DNA from: an uncultured Candidatus Saccharibacteria bacterium
GTDB taxonomy: Bacteria; Patescibacteriota; Minisyncoccia; Phycocordibacterales; DATDWN01
Assembly: GCA_964616425.1 (NCBI GenBank)
Contig: CAZTQY010000002.1
Span: 68,910 to 119,154, forward strand
Direction of reading: 5' to 3'
Length of the DNA stretch: 50,245 bases
A program made the translations under genes and the position numbers. The stretch's first letter is position 1, and each line of letters begins with the position of its first letter. The notes under the pieces were generated by a model. It did no database searches and was not told the DNA's origin. It saw nothing but the letters and a program-made list of their open reading frames with translations. Shown piece after piece: positions 1-9,595 of this stretch.

Positions 1-1
1 C

Positions 2-481
2 GTATTCTCAACAAGCGTTGTTGATGGAATGGATGGTTTGGCTGGGGGAATAATGTCACTAATATATTTAGCATTTGCAGTGATTGCATATGTACATCAA
101 CAAATAGATATATCTGCTTTGTGTGCAGTTGTATCTGGAGGAACCTTGGCTTTTCTTTGGTACAACATTCCTCCCGCTCGTTTCTATATGGGAGAAACTG
201 GTATGGTTGGTCTAACAGTAACGCTAGCCGTAATCGCTTTTTTGACGGACTCGGTACTTATTTTACCAATCATAGCTGCACCTTTAGTCGCGACTTCACT
301 TTCAGTTATTATCCAGATAATAGGGTATAAGTATTTTGGTAAAAGACGAGTATTTAAGGTTGCTCCACTTCATCACCATTTTGAAGCTATTGGTTGGTCT
401 AGGTCTAAAGTTGTAATGAGATATTGGGTTATTACAGCTGTTTTTGCTATGACAGGAGTGATTATTGCACTCGTTAGTTAA
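2..481 (+). CDS. mraY: Phospho-N-acetylmuramoyl-pentapeptide transferase MraY, C-terminal part (5' end lies outside the window)
   Basis: The reading frame is open from the window edge. It contains VVDGMDGLAGG (the MraY DGxDGLA motif), a polytopic hydrophobic sequence and PLHHHFE. The dcw gene order mraY-ftsW-murG follows. Confidence 0.85.
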   Translation, partial: VFSTSVVDGMDGLAGGIMSLIYLAFAVIAYVHQQIDISALCAVVSGGTLAFLWYNIPPARFYMGETGMVGLTVTLAVIAFLTDSVLILPIIAAPLVATSLSVIIQIIGYKYFGKRRVFKVAPLHHHFEAIGWSRSKVVMRYWVITAVFAMTGVIIALVS

Positions 482-489
482 TACGACAA

Positions 490-515
490 AGCGGCCACGT
501 TTTTAACGGGCCGCT
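490..515. terminator. GC-rich hairpin between convergent mraY and a small minus-strand ORF
   Basis: AGCGGCC (490-496) pairs with GGCCGCT (509-515) around a T/A-rich loop. It sits 9 nt after the mraY stop and abuts the stop of the 515-736 ORF. Confidence 0.5.
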
Positions 516-736
516 CAGTTGGAGAACATCAAGTAGATGTAGATGAACGTGCATATGGCGTTCGCAATTGTCCCAATAACGACATCCAACACCAGTTTCT
601 CATCCCTTTTGTGTCCTGCTAGAGTATGAACAGTCCCAATAACTGCAGAGTTAATGCAGATATATAGGAATAGCAGGAAAGGCAAAAAGAAAGCGGAGAT
701 GAATACGATCACTATCGTATTCAACATGCTCATCAT
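515..736 (-). CDS. Small hydrophobic protein, 73 aa with two predicted TM helices (hypothetical)
   Basis: This is the internal ATG of the 515..856 ORF, preceded by GAGGTG 7 nt upstream. The longer version would overlap the ftsW start. The region is richer in G+C than its flanks, and a hairpin follows the stop. Confidence 0.45.
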   Translation of the reverse strand: MMSMLNTIVIVFISAFFLPFLLFLYICINSAVIGTVHTLAGHKRDEKLVLDVVIGTIANAICTFIYIYLMFSN

Positions 737-833
737 AATAATCACCTCTGTTTGTAACTCTATCAGAGAAAAAAGTAAGGTCAAATTATTTTTATAAGAA
801 AAAATAAGTGGTATACTGTTTGTTGTATTTACT

Positions 834-1934
834 ATGCACAAATTAAAAGTTGACATACCATTTTTAATATCTATCTTGATACTGGTTATTGCTGGCTATT
901 TAATTTTTGCATCTGCATCTCTTGGGTTGTTGTCTAAACAAGCAGCAAAATATTCTAATGTTGCGTTCAATCAAACCTTTTTCGGTTTGTTTTTAGGCTC
1001 AGTTGCATGCTTTTTTGCATCAAAGTTTGATTATAAAAATTATCGTAAATACGCATTTTATATTTTTATTGCTTCTGCTATTGCCACACTTCTTGTATTT
1101 GTGCCACATCTTGGTGTTGGGCACGGTGGAGCACAAAGGTGGATATATATTGGTCAAATGTCATTTCAGCCTTCTGAGTTGCTCAAAATAGGCTTTATAA
1201 TGTATTTTGCCGCATGGCTTTCTTCGGTAAAAGATAAAGCTCAAACATTGAAATACGGGCTACTTCCTTTTGGAGTGATTATTGGAATTGTTGGTCTAAT
1301 ATTGTTGGCACAACCTGATACCGATACATTTTTAATAATTGTTTTTTCAGGTTTGTCTATGTATTTATCTGCTGGTGGACGTTGGAGGTATATTTTTATC
1401 ATTGGAATTATTGGTGTTATCGGACTTGGTGCTCTCGCTATGACTAGACCATATGTCATGAGTCGTATAAATACGTTTGTTCATCCAGAAAAAAATGCCC
1501 AGGGAAGTGGTTACCAGATCCAACAGTCTCTTATTGCGATAGGTAGTGGAGGTATGTTTGGACGAGGCTTTGGACAAAGTATCCAAAAGTTCAATGTACT
1601 ACCAGAACCTATTGGAGACTCTATATTTGCGGTAGCAAGTGAAGAATTCGGCTTTGTTGGCGCCTTAGGAATAGTCATTTTGTTCCTTTTCTTCTCATTT
1701 AGAGGGCTTAAAATAGCCGGGCAAGTACCAGATTCATTTGGTAGACTTATGGTTGTTGGAATTGTTATACTGATTGTATCCCAGGCTTTTGTAAATATAG
1801 GCGCTATGGTAGGTGTTTTACCACTTTCGGGTATTACATTGCCATTTGTTAGCCATGGTGGAACTGCTTTATTTATGACATTGGCTGAAGTTGGGATTGT
1901 TCTAAACATATCCAAAAACAAGAAAAACAAATAA
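834..1934 (+). CDS. ftsW: SEDS-family peptidoglycan polymerase FtsW (FtsW/RodA family)
   Basis: 366 aa, about 10 TM segments, and SEDS-like motifs (GSGGMFGRGFGQS; LPFVSHGGTA). It lies between mraY and murG. Confidence 0.85.
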   Translation: MHKLKVDIPFLISILILVIAGYLIFASASLGLLSKQAAKYSNVAFNQTFFGLFLGSVACFFASKFDYKNYRKYAFYIFIASAIATLLVFVPHLGVGHGGAQRWIYIGQMSFQPSELLKIGFIMYFAAWLSSVKDKAQTLKYGLLPFGVIIGIVGLILLAQPDTDTFLIIVFSGLSMYLSAGGRWRYIFIIGIIGVIGLGALAMTRPYVMSRINTFVHPEKNAQGSGYQIQQSLIAIGSGGMFGRGFGQSIQKFNVLPEPIGDSIFAVASEEFGFVGALGIVILFLFFSFRGLKIAGQVPDSFGRLMVVGIVILIVSQAFVNIGAMVGVLPLSGITLPFVSHGGTALFMTLAEVGIVLNISKNKKNK

Positions 1935-2062
1935 AATTACATCATCTGTGTTGTTGCAATTCAATTTTGCTCATTTACCGTACTAGTTGTACGGCTCAAT
2001 CACAAAATCTCTTGCGCCTAGCATCTGATATAATTTAATTTGTTTTAAAAAAATATAAAATT

Positions 2063-3202
2063 ATGAAAATATTACTGACTGGTGGGGGAACTGGTGGACA
2101 TTTCTACCCTATAATTGCTATCGCAGAAGAGTTAAATGAGACAGCAAAGGAAAATAGGCTTTTGAAACCAGAACTATATTTTATGTCTACTGATCCATAC
2201 AACGAAACTTTGTTGTATGAGAACAATATAACTTTTGTTGGCGTTTCTGCAGGGAAAGTGAGACGTAAAATGTCTTTAGTAAATATTTTTCTTAATTTTC
2301 TTGATTTGTTCAGTACATTCTTTGGTGTTATTGGAGCAACATGGAATATGTTTAAAATATATCCTGACGTTGTCTTTGGAAAAGGTGGGTATGCAAGTTT
2401 TCCAGCTTTGTTTGCAGCGAGAATATTATTTATTCCTGTTGTGATTCACGAGTCAGACAATAAACCAGGAAAAGTTAACAAATGGGCTGGAAAGTTTGCT
2501 AGAAAGATTGCTGTTTCATACCCTGAAGCAGCTGCATATTTCAAAGCAGATAAAACTGCTTATACCGGAAACCCGATACGCAAATCAACTCTTGATCCAC
2601 TTTCAACTGACTCACATGAATTTTTTGGTTTTGATCCAAACATTCAGACTATACTTATACTCGGTGGGTCAACAGGTTCAAGGTTTATAAATGAGGCTAT
2701 TATGGATGCTTTACCAGAATTGGTAAAAAAATATCAAATAATTCATCAGGTTGGAAACAATAATGCTGGTGTAATGAAAGAGACAAGTGAAGTCGTATTA
2801 CAAGGAAGCCAGTTCAAAAATCGATACAAAATGTTTCCGTATTTAAATGTTATAACTCTACGGCGAGCATCTGGTGTTGCTAATATGGTTATATCTAGAG
2901 CTGGTTCGACTATATTTGAAATCGCTTCGTGGGAGAAGCCATCTATTATTGTCCCAATACCAGAACCAACAAGCCATGACCAGAGAACAAACGCTTATGC
3001 TTATGCGAGAACTGGTTCAGCTATAGTGATTGAGGAGAAAAATATGGCACCTGGAGTTTTGGTTTCTGAGATAGATAGAATACTTTCAAATCCAACTGAA
3101 ATCCAAAAAATGTCTGAATCAGCAAAAGCCTTTGCCAGAAGAGATTCTGCAGAACTGATAGCAAAAGAGATACTAACAATTGGCCTTGAGCATGAAAAAT
3201 AA
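2063..3202 (+). CDS. murG: UDP-GlcNAc:undecaprenyl-PP-MurNAc-pentapeptide GlcNAc transferase MurG
   Basis: N-terminal GGGTGGHFYP glycine loop, C-terminal ISRAGSTIFE, and dcw context. Confidence 0.9.
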   Translation: MKILLTGGGTGGHFYPIIAIAEELNETAKENRLLKPELYFMSTDPYNETLLYENNITFVGVSAGKVRRKMSLVNIFLNFLDLFSTFFGVIGATWNMFKIYPDVVFGKGGYASFPALFAARILFIPVVIHESDNKPGKVNKWAGKFARKIAVSYPEAAAYFKADKTAYTGNPIRKSTLDPLSTDSHEFFGFDPNIQTILILGGSTGSRFINEAIMDALPELVKKYQIIHQVGNNNAGVMKETSEVVLQGSQFKNRYKMFPYLNVITLRRASGVANMVISRAGSTIFEIASWEKPSIIVPIPEPTSHDQRTNAYAYARTGSAIVIEEKNMAPGVLVSEIDRILSNPTEIQKMSESAKAFARRDSAELIAKEILTIGLEHEK

Positions 3203-4679
3203 TATGAATAATGCAACAGAAAAAATAGTCACACGGTTTGCTCCATCACCAACTGGTTTTATGCATATTGGCGGTGTTCGTACTGCGCTCTTTGCTTATT
3301 TGTATGCAAGGAAAAATAGTGGAACTTTCATTTTGCGTATAGAAGACACAGATAAAGAAAGAGAGGTTCCGGGTTCCATAAAACATATTCAAGAGTCTTT
3401 GGCTTGGCTAGGAATTGATTGGGACTTTGGTCCTGATAAACCAGGAAGTTTTGGTTCGTGTATTCAGTCAGAGAGACTTCCTACCTATACAGAGCATGCA
3501 TATAGACTAATAGAAAAAGGTTTAGCCTATCCTGATCCATATACTCAAGAAGAGCTAGCTGATTTCCGTAAAAAAGCAGATGAAGAAAAAAAGCCATTTC
3601 TTTTTAGAGACTATAGACCAGAGACTTTTGAAAAATGGGATGGTAAAAAACCTCTACGCTTTAAAGTTCCAGAAATAAAAAGATACAAATGGAATGATAT
3701 TGTTCGTGGCGAACTAGAAGCTGGTGAGGAAGCTTTGGACGACTTTATTTTAATAAAAAGTGATGGTTATCCAACCTATAATTTTGCTCATATAATAGAT
3801 GATCTCAATATGGGAGTTACACATATAATGAGGGGTGATGAATTTATTTCCAGTACTCCAAGATTTTTGAGTTTATATGATGCTTTGGAAATTAAACCTC
3901 CAGTATTCGTTTCACTTCCTCCAATTTTACGAGATGACAGAACAAAGAAACTGGGTAAACGAGATGGGGCTAAAGATATTTTAGAGTATAGGGAGGAAGG
4001 ATATTTGCCAGAAGCAATGATAAATTTCCTTGCTCTTATTGGTTGGAATCCAGGAACAGAACAAGAGCTTTTCACAAAACAGGAACTTATAGATACATTT
4101 GATATTTATAAAATCCAAAAGGCTGGAGGGGCCTTTAACGAAGAAAAGCTTGATTGGATGAACAAGGAGCATTTGAAACTTTTACCAGTTGAAACAGTAA
4201 GAATAGAGATACAAAAACGTCTTAAAAATAGCCCAACAATTTCTGAAATAGATAAGTTAAATGATACTAATTTTTTAGCCAAAGTTTCAGATATCATAAT
4301 GGAACATATTTCAAAATGGTCAGATGTAGATACTATGATTGGGGCAGGGGAGATAGAGTATTTCTTTGTAGCACCTGAGTACGATCATACCCTACTCTAC
4401 TGGAAGGGAAATGAAGACAAGGAAAAAACAATGAAGCATCTCAAATGGGTAATTGATGTCTTAAATAGTTCTTCGTCAGAAGACTTTGAATCAGTGGATA
4501 AAATAAAATCATTGATTTTTGACTATGCAACAGAAAATGGCCGAGGTGATGTTCTTTGGCCATTACGAGTTTCTCTTTCTGGAAAAGATAAAAGTCCAGA
4601 TCCATTTACTTTGTTGTATACTTTGGGCAAAGATGAAAGCATAAAAAGAATAACAAACGCTGTTGGAAAACTATCATAA
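3192..4679 (+). CDS. gltX: Glutamyl-tRNA synthetase
   Basis: RFAPSPTGFMHIGGVRTALF (HIGH motif) and KLGKRDG (KMSKS-type motif). I chose the ATG at 3192; the ORF track begins at a TTG at 3180 that overlaps the end of murG. Confidence 0.9.
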   Translation: MKNNMNNATEKIVTRFAPSPTGFMHIGGVRTALFAYLYARKNSGTFILRIEDTDKEREVPGSIKHIQESLAWLGIDWDFGPDKPGSFGSCIQSERLPTYTEHAYRLIEKGLAYPDPYTQEELADFRKKADEEKKPFLFRDYRPETFEKWDGKKPLRFKVPEIKRYKWNDIVRGELEAGEEALDDFILIKSDGYPTYNFAHIIDDLNMGVTHIMRGDEFISSTPRFLSLYDALEIKPPVFVSLPPILRDDRTKKLGKRDGAKDILEYREEGYLPEAMINFLALIGWNPGTEQELFTKQELIDTFDIYKIQKAGGAFNEEKLDWMNKEHLKLLPVETVRIEIQKRLKNSPTISEIDKLNDTNFLAKVSDIIMEHISKWSDVDTMIGAGEIEYFFVAPEYDHTLLYWKGNEDKEKTMKHLKWVIDVLNSSSSEDFESVDKIKSLIFDYATENGRGDVLWPLRVSLSGKDKSPDPFTLLYTLGKDESIKRITNAVGKLS

Positions 4680-5956
4680 TGATTAAATGGAAAATTCAAT
4701 ACATTCTACTAATATCCCTTTTGTTTATATCAGTTAACACATTCGCACAAGCGATAACTGATGTTGACTCTCTAAAAAATAAAATAGAAGAAAGAAATAA
4801 CCAAATCAAACAGCTTGAATCAGAAATCAATCTTTATAATACTGAAATAATCAATACTCAAGGCCAAGCAAAGACTCTACAATCAACTATAAATACTTTA
4901 GATTTAACTAAAAAAAAGATAACAACAGATATTAGTTTAACTGAGACCAAGATTACAAAAGCTAATCTAACAATCCAAGATCTAGACACTCAGATTATAG
5001 ATACCAAAGAGACTATTGATAATAACAAGTTAGCAATAAGTTCTGCAATAAAAAATGCATATTATTTGGAAGAAGGTGGTTTTATTTTTCAACTGTTATC
5101 TAAATCAAATATTGGTGATTTTTGGACTGACATAGACAATGTAAGACAGATACGTGAAAGTATTCGTGATAAATCAAAAGAGTTAGCACTTCTTCAGAAA
5201 GATATGCAGGTAAAGCAAGAATCTCTAAAAGGTCAAAAAACACAGCTTGTTGGTTTAAAGCAGGACTTATCTGGTAAAAAGCAGGCTGTTGAACTGACAG
5301 CAAAGGAAAAAGCGGATTTGCTTAAACAAACTAAAAATAAAGAGCAAACTTTTAAAGAAATTGTTAAAACAAAAGAACAATTAAAGGCTCAGTTTGAAAA
5401 AGATGTTTATGATTTTGAGTCGCAGTTACACTACCTGATTGATCCTACTAGTTATCCGAAACCAAAAACTGGTATATTCTCTTGGCCGTTGGATAATGTA
5501 TATATAACACAGTTGTTTGGTAAAACTGTTGGAGCGGAAAAACTTTATACATCTGGTTCACATAATGGAATAGATCTTAGAGCTAGTGTTGGGACAAGGG
5601 TTAAAAATGTTTTAGATGGTACTGTTATGGGAACTGGTAATACAGATATATATCCTGGCTGCTACTCTTTTGGTAAATGGGTATTTGTGCAACATGACAA
5701 TGGTTTGTCTACTATATATGGTCACCTTTCTGTCATATCTGTTCAGAAGGGACAAAAACTATCTACAGGTGAGACTATCGGTTTTTCTGGGAATACTGGA
5801 TATTCGACTGGCCCGCACTTGCATATAAGTGTTTATGCATCTCAAGGTGTGCGTATTGAGAAATTTGTTAACAGTAGAGGTTGTAAAGAAGCTACTTTGC
5901 CTTTAGCTGATATTAGAGCTTACCTTGATCCAATGAGTTATTTCCCAAAGTATTAA
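4679..5956 (+). CDS. M23 family metallopeptidase with N-terminal signal/anchor and long coiled coil (EnvC-like architecture)
   Basis: HNGIDLRA, GHLS and GNTGYSTGPHLHISVY (M23 zinc motifs). The N-terminal two thirds is a K/Q/E/L-rich coiled coil. TAATG overlap with gltX. Confidence 0.85.
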   Translation: MIKWKIQYILLISLLFISVNTFAQAITDVDSLKNKIEERNNQIKQLESEINLYNTEIINTQGQAKTLQSTINTLDLTKKKITTDISLTETKITKANLTIQDLDTQIIDTKETIDNNKLAISSAIKNAYYLEEGGFIFQLLSKSNIGDFWTDIDNVRQIRESIRDKSKELALLQKDMQVKQESLKGQKTQLVGLKQDLSGKKQAVELTAKEKADLLKQTKNKEQTFKEIVKTKEQLKAQFEKDVYDFESQLHYLIDPTSYPKPKTGIFSWPLDNVYITQLFGKTVGAEKLYTSGSHNGIDLRASVGTRVKNVLDGTVMGTGNTDIYPGCYSFGKWVFVQHDNGLSTIYGHLSVISVQKGQKLSTGETIGFSGNTGYSTGPHLHISVYASQGVRIEKFVNSRGCKEATLPLADIRAYLDPMSYFPKY

Positions 5957-5987
5957 TATATAAATATATTTATAGTATAATTTGATA

Positions 5988-6194
5988 ATGAGAAAAAACA
6001 GAATGGATAGGGGATTTGTTTCAAAAATTATACTGATTATCATTGCGCTAGTGGCAATAAAATACTATTATCACTTTGATATTATCGAGTGGATTAAATC
6101 AGATCAAGGTCAGAAAATTATTGATCCACTTGTTACTTTCTCCAAAAATGCGTATGCATTTATAGATAACCTTGTTAAGGGCTGGACTACCTAA
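5988..6194 (+). CDS. Small membrane protein (hypothetical)
   Basis: One hydrophobic helix (IILIIIALVAI). The ATG at 5988 lies 7 nt after a TATAAT at 5976-5981, so the transcript may be leaderless. A hairpin follows at 6221. Confidence 0.4.
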   Translation: MRKNRMDRGFVSKIILIIIALVAIKYYYHFDIIEWIKSDQGQKIIDPLVTFSKNAYAFIDNLVKGWTT

Positions 6195-6220
6195 TCAACA
6201 CAATCATATTTAAAACTATA

Positions 6221-6256
6221 AAACCCGCTCCCAACGACTTGCGCTGGGGCGGGTTT
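6221..6256. terminator. Bidirectional hairpin terminator
   Basis: AAACCCGC (6221-6228) pairs with GCGGGTTT (6249-6256), and an inner CCCAxCG/CGxTGGG stem extends it. It has T runs on the plus strand and A runs upstream. It sits between convergent ORFs. Confidence 0.65.
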
Positions 6257-6627
6257 TAGAATCTGTCACGAAGGAGCATGGCAAGTACAAAGAGGCGTAG
6301 TGGTTTTTTTGACCACTCCTCGTCCGCATCTGCTGAGTCAGCCTCAAGTATCTTATCCACGAGTGCTGAATTTGATAGTTGGTTTGCAGTCTCGGTGCAG
6401 ACTTCAATGATGGTTCGAAATTCTGAGTCTCCTTTCTTGGTTGCGACTTCTTGTACCAACGGTAGAGTGACATCAACGATACGATCAGCAAGTCGTGAAG
6501 CGTGCTCTAGTTTGCGAACGTCGATTGGTGCTTCTCGACTCAGATCTTCCTTCTGGTACTGAGTCAGTTCCTGTTTTTGTTTACCGAACCAGTCTTCATA
6601 GCCGCGTAGTACGACTTTGTCTGACAA
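6256..6627 (-). CDS. Hypothetical acidic protein, 123 aa (G+C-rich cassette gene)
   Basis: TTG start preceded by AAGGAGG. G+C content is visibly higher than in neighbouring genes, and a terminator hairpin abuts the stop. I recognised no family. Confidence 0.5.
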   Translation of the reverse strand: MSDKVVLRGYEDWFGKQKQELTQYQKEDLSREAPIDVRKLEHASRLADRIVDVTLPLVQEVATKKGDSEFRTIIEVCTETANQLSNSALVDKILEADSADADEEWSKKPLRLFVLAMLLRDRF

Positions 6628-7124
6628 GCCTTCCTCCTTTCTTCTGGCAGAATTAAAGCATAAATTTAAAGTTACAGCAATTAGAAATTAAATCATATAT
6701 TAAAAAGGGCAGGGTGAGGTTGGGGAGGGACCCAACTGCAAGACTTTCTTGAGATTTTTTGAGAGCAAAGCTAATTAAAAAATCCAAAAGGTGTACAGTC
6801 CAAGTAGGGGACTTCCCTACTAAAGAACAGCAAAAATAAAGCATTAGAAAATAGGCTTAGTTGGTATATTTTGGGGTAGGTACATAGCACTAAAGAAATG
6901 TTTTGAGATGAAAATAATTGATGCGGAATAAATAATAGATAAAAATATTTATATGAATTACTAAAAATCTTAAAAGTTCTAAAATCAAAGTTCTCCCTTA
7001 GAGTACCTACTCAAAAGATATATTGTGCGACACGAATATAATCGCTCCCCCTCAGTAAATATACCTGAACAAGTACAAACTAAATTAAATAAATTATGTT
7101 AATCTTGTATTTGGAGGTGTGACT

Positions 7125-7364
7125 TTGCTCAGCATTTTGCATTCGATTTATTTGGTAGTTTCCGTGTTCGTGATTTCCGCACTTGTTTATGCGGTTGTCT
7201 GTCCACTGTTCAGTCTACGGTTCCTTGGCGACCTGCGCAGAGTCACACTGACTTCGTATCTTGTGCTTGTGCTTGGAAGGCTCATTGGCTTCCCACTTTT
7301 CTTGGTGTTGATGGTAGTTTGCAGTATTCCACCAGGTTTGTTTAGTCGACGAGGCCGTCTGTAA
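7125..7364 (+). CDS. Small polytopic membrane protein, about 79 aa (hypothetical, G+C-rich cassette gene)
   Basis: GGAGG at 7113-7117 lies 7 nt before an in-frame TTG at 7125. The GTG at 7119 used by the ORF track overlaps the SD. The sequence is hydrophobic, and a hairpin at 7388 follows. Confidence 0.45.
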   Translation: MLSILHSIYLVVSVFVISALVYAVVCPLFSLRFLGDLRRVTLTSYLVLVLGRLIGFPLFLVLMVVCSIPPGLFSRRGRL

Positions 7365-7387
7365 GCATTCTCAAGTCACACCCATCA

Positions 7388-7410
7388 AAGATCCGCCTAG
7401 CGCGGATCTT
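7388..7410 (+). terminator. Hairpin terminator
   Basis: AAGATCCGC pairs with GCGGATCTT around a 5-nt loop, 24 nt after the stop of the 7125..7364 ORF. Confidence 0.6.
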
Positions 7411-7435
7411 GTCTTTAATATTTATTTGAACATAT

Positions 7436-7461
7436 AAAAACCACCCTCACGGATGGTTTTT
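7436..7461. terminator. Hairpin with flanking A and T runs, downstream of the minus-strand lysozyme-like gene
   Basis: AAAAACCACCC ... GGATGGTTTTT with one mismatch. Confidence 0.5.
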
Positions 7462-7488
7462 ATATTTAGTAGTTCTGATTTTTCAGTT

Positions 7489-7941
7489 TTACTTGTTGAT
7501 AGCTAAGTTTGAGTTTACATACTTACCCCAACAAGGCTTTGATGAAGACCAAGGCTGTGTACCTTCTCGCTCATATAGATCTCGAGCGTAGGCTACGTTA
7601 CCTTCTAGAGTATAGATGTTATAGTTCTTTTTCTGAGCTTGATCTAAGTGATAATACTCATTAATTTGCATAACACCAACGTCAGCATTGTTTACAACTC
7701 CTCGGTGGATTTCTCCATCTGAGTCAAGTTGTCTAAAATGTGACTCACATCTAGCAACCTCAATCATAATAGGTGCATCTGAGAAGTATTGTCTGACGTA
7801 CTTTTCAGTAGACATCATGTTATCAACATCTTCATTTGATACCTTTCTTATGAGTGATGATTCAGTAACTGAATTTTCAAGCTTTGGAGTATCTTTGATA
7901 GCTATTGGGCTGTTTACTCCTCCTATGGCTGAAATAACCAT
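7489..7941 (-). CDS. Lysozyme-like / SLT-family lytic transglycosylase domain protein
   Basis: ARCESHF (catalytic Glu-Ser), GVMQINEYYH (GxMQI) and NVAYARDLY motifs. The start is uncertain: ATG at 7941 or TTG at 7947. Confidence 0.65.
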   Translation of the reverse strand: MVISAIGGVNSPIAIKDTPKLENSVTESSLIRKVSNEDVDNMMSTEKYVRQYFSDAPIMIEVARCESHFRQLDSDGEIHRGVVNNADVGVMQINEYYHLDQAQKKNYNIYTLEGNVAYARDLYEREGTQPWSSSKPCWGKYVNSNLAINK

Positions 7942-8052
7942 GAACAAACTAATCGCTGTGAAATTTAAAATAAGCTATTGTTAAGGGGTAATTCTATCGT
8001 AATGAAGGAAGTTAAGGACCGTGATTGGTTAGTTGGCTTCCTTCAAAGGAAA

Positions 8053-8071
8053 AACTCAGACTTTCTGAGTT
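8053..8071 (-). terminator. Hairpin terminator (minus strand)
   Basis: AACTCAGA ctt TCTGAGTT. On the minus strand it is followed by a U run (complement of AAAAA at 8050-8054). Confidence 0.5.
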
Positions 8072-8248
8072 CCTATATATACTAACATACTTACCCCCAC
8101 CCTGTCAAGATAAAACAACAAAAATAGGGTCTTGTATATAGCATTAATACTTATATTTTAAGCCATATTTTATTGATTTCTAACTGCACAAGATATGGCA
8201 AAAAATACAAGTTTTTACTTATAGTTTCACAAAATATATAAAATCTGA

Positions 8249-8773
8249 TTACAAAAATGCAAGTAGAGCAAAAATACCAATGTTCCAATAGAAAATTCGG
8301 CTAAGAGGGGTAAAAAGTGCATCAGTAGACGTAGTAAAGTTGTGTAATGAATCATAATTTACAACAGAATATGAAAAAACAACAACTAAAATGAGCATAA
8401 TCAAAGCAAGACCAGAAGTTCTAAATAAGTGTTGGACCCCTGAATGCATAGACTCTGAAAATATGTAACTGTTTATAATAATACTTAGTGGAACTAGGAA
8501 GATCAGAAATACAGCTATTTTGTTTAGAACTAGCATCTTGTCCTGTAGAACAAGTAACTTATTTATAAACGGTAGTGTGCTGAAAAGTATACTTGCGGGG
8601 TAGTATGCAAGTATAAAAGATATCACTCTTCCCTTTCCTGCATATAGGGCAATAATTAGAAACATAATAAAACCAACTACAAAAAAGAGCATATCTCCTT
8701 TGAGAAAATGCCCTATTTGTGAAAAAGTGCTAGATGCTATGTTCATATTTACATTATATGTAAATATGAACAT
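8249..8773 (-). CDS. Polytopic membrane protein (hypothetical)
   Basis: 174 aa with about 5 hydrophobic segments. I recognised no family. Confidence 0.5.
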   Translation of the reverse strand: MFIFTYNVNMNIASSTFSQIGHFLKGDMLFFVVGFIMFLIIALYAGKGRVISFILAYYPASILFSTLPFINKLLVLQDKMLVLNKIAVFLIFLVPLSIIINSYIFSESMHSGVQHLFRTSGLALIMLILVVVFSYSVVNYDSLHNFTTSTDALFTPLSRIFYWNIGIFALLAFL

Positions 8774-8815
8774 AGTAACAACAACTTTCTCCCCAAAGTT
8801 TGGTATTATGTAGTT

Positions 8816-9592
8816 ATGTATAAAGATATAGACCTGAGTATATTCCCTCCCGAACGAAAAGAAGAATTGGAAAAGATATTCCGCTACGCTTACTTTGAAG
8901 TATTTTTTTATAGGTCAGATATATGGAGACATTCCCACAGAGTGCTCTGGTTACTGGAGGAGATAGTTCCTACTGCTAAAAAATACATCACTTTTGATGT
9001 AGAGAAGGCTCGTACGCTTGCGCTTGTACATGATGATGCAGAGATGGTTACTGGAGATGTTCAAGCTATAGTAAAACTCAGAATGACGCCTGAAGAGTTA
9101 GAAGCATTGGGTAACCAAGAAGAAGAAGCTATCAAGAAGTTAGCCCAAAGTTATCCAAAACAAATTAACGGTTACTCTTATGAAGAATTGCTTATGCATG
9201 CAGCTCGAAAAGACTGTATTGAGGCACAGCTTGTATCATATGTAGACAAACTAGATGCATACTGTGAAAGTTTGCATGAGGTATATGCTGGAAACATTGC
9301 ACTTCTGAGGTCAGTAACTTTCAACGCCAATGCTTTACCACTTTTCCCATATAAGTTTCCGGCTTTGAAAGAGTTACTTTCGAACAAGGATTCAGTATTG
9401 ACCCACATTACTGATCAAGTTTCACCTTTTGACATACCAGCTTCAAGATTTAGTCATCTAAATCGTCCATTTGATGAAGAATCAGTAAAGATAGATGCGG
9501 ATTTTCCGTTTTATAATACTTGGAAAAAGATAGTCATCGAAAAAGGCCATATTGATTGGCTTATAAACCAAAAAGAATTCTTACCCAAGTAG
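8816..9592 (+). CDS. HD-domain phosphohydrolase, YfbR-like
   Basis: RHSHRV ... LVHDDAEMVTGDV resembles the H...HD...D pattern of YfbR-type 5'-deoxynucleotidases. TATTAT lies 6 nt before the ATG, so the transcript may be leaderless. Confidence 0.7.
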   Translation: MYKDIDLSIFPPERKEELEKIFRYAYFEVFFYRSDIWRHSHRVLWLLEEIVPTAKKYITFDVEKARTLALVHDDAEMVTGDVQAIVKLRMTPEELEALGNQEEEAIKKLAQSYPKQINGYSYEELLMHAARKDCIEAQLVSYVDKLDAYCESLHEVYAGNIALLRSVTFNANALPLFPYKFPALKELLSNKDSVLTHITDQVSPFDIPASRFSHLNRPFDEESVKIDADFPFYNTWKKIVIEKGHIDWLINQKEFLPK

Positions 9593-9595
9593 ACC

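Noticed and set aside
515-856. Full 113-aa version of the minus-strand ORF between mraY and ftsW.
   Set aside because: Its N-terminal 40 codons overlap the ftsW start and promoter region and are AT-rich. An internal ATG with a GAGGTG SD gives a coherent two-TM 73-aa product instead.
1978-1994. CCGTAC-tagtt-GTACGG hairpin after ftsW as a terminator.
   Set aside because: The stem is short, no U run follows, and murG follows in the same orientation as part of the dcw string. It was too weak to call.
6653-6844. 63-aa minus-strand ORF in the AT-rich divergent spacer of the 6256-7364 island.
   Set aside because: It has no SD (unlike the neighbouring cassette genes), a low-complexity translation, and it lies in the likely promoter region. 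I treated it as non-coding.
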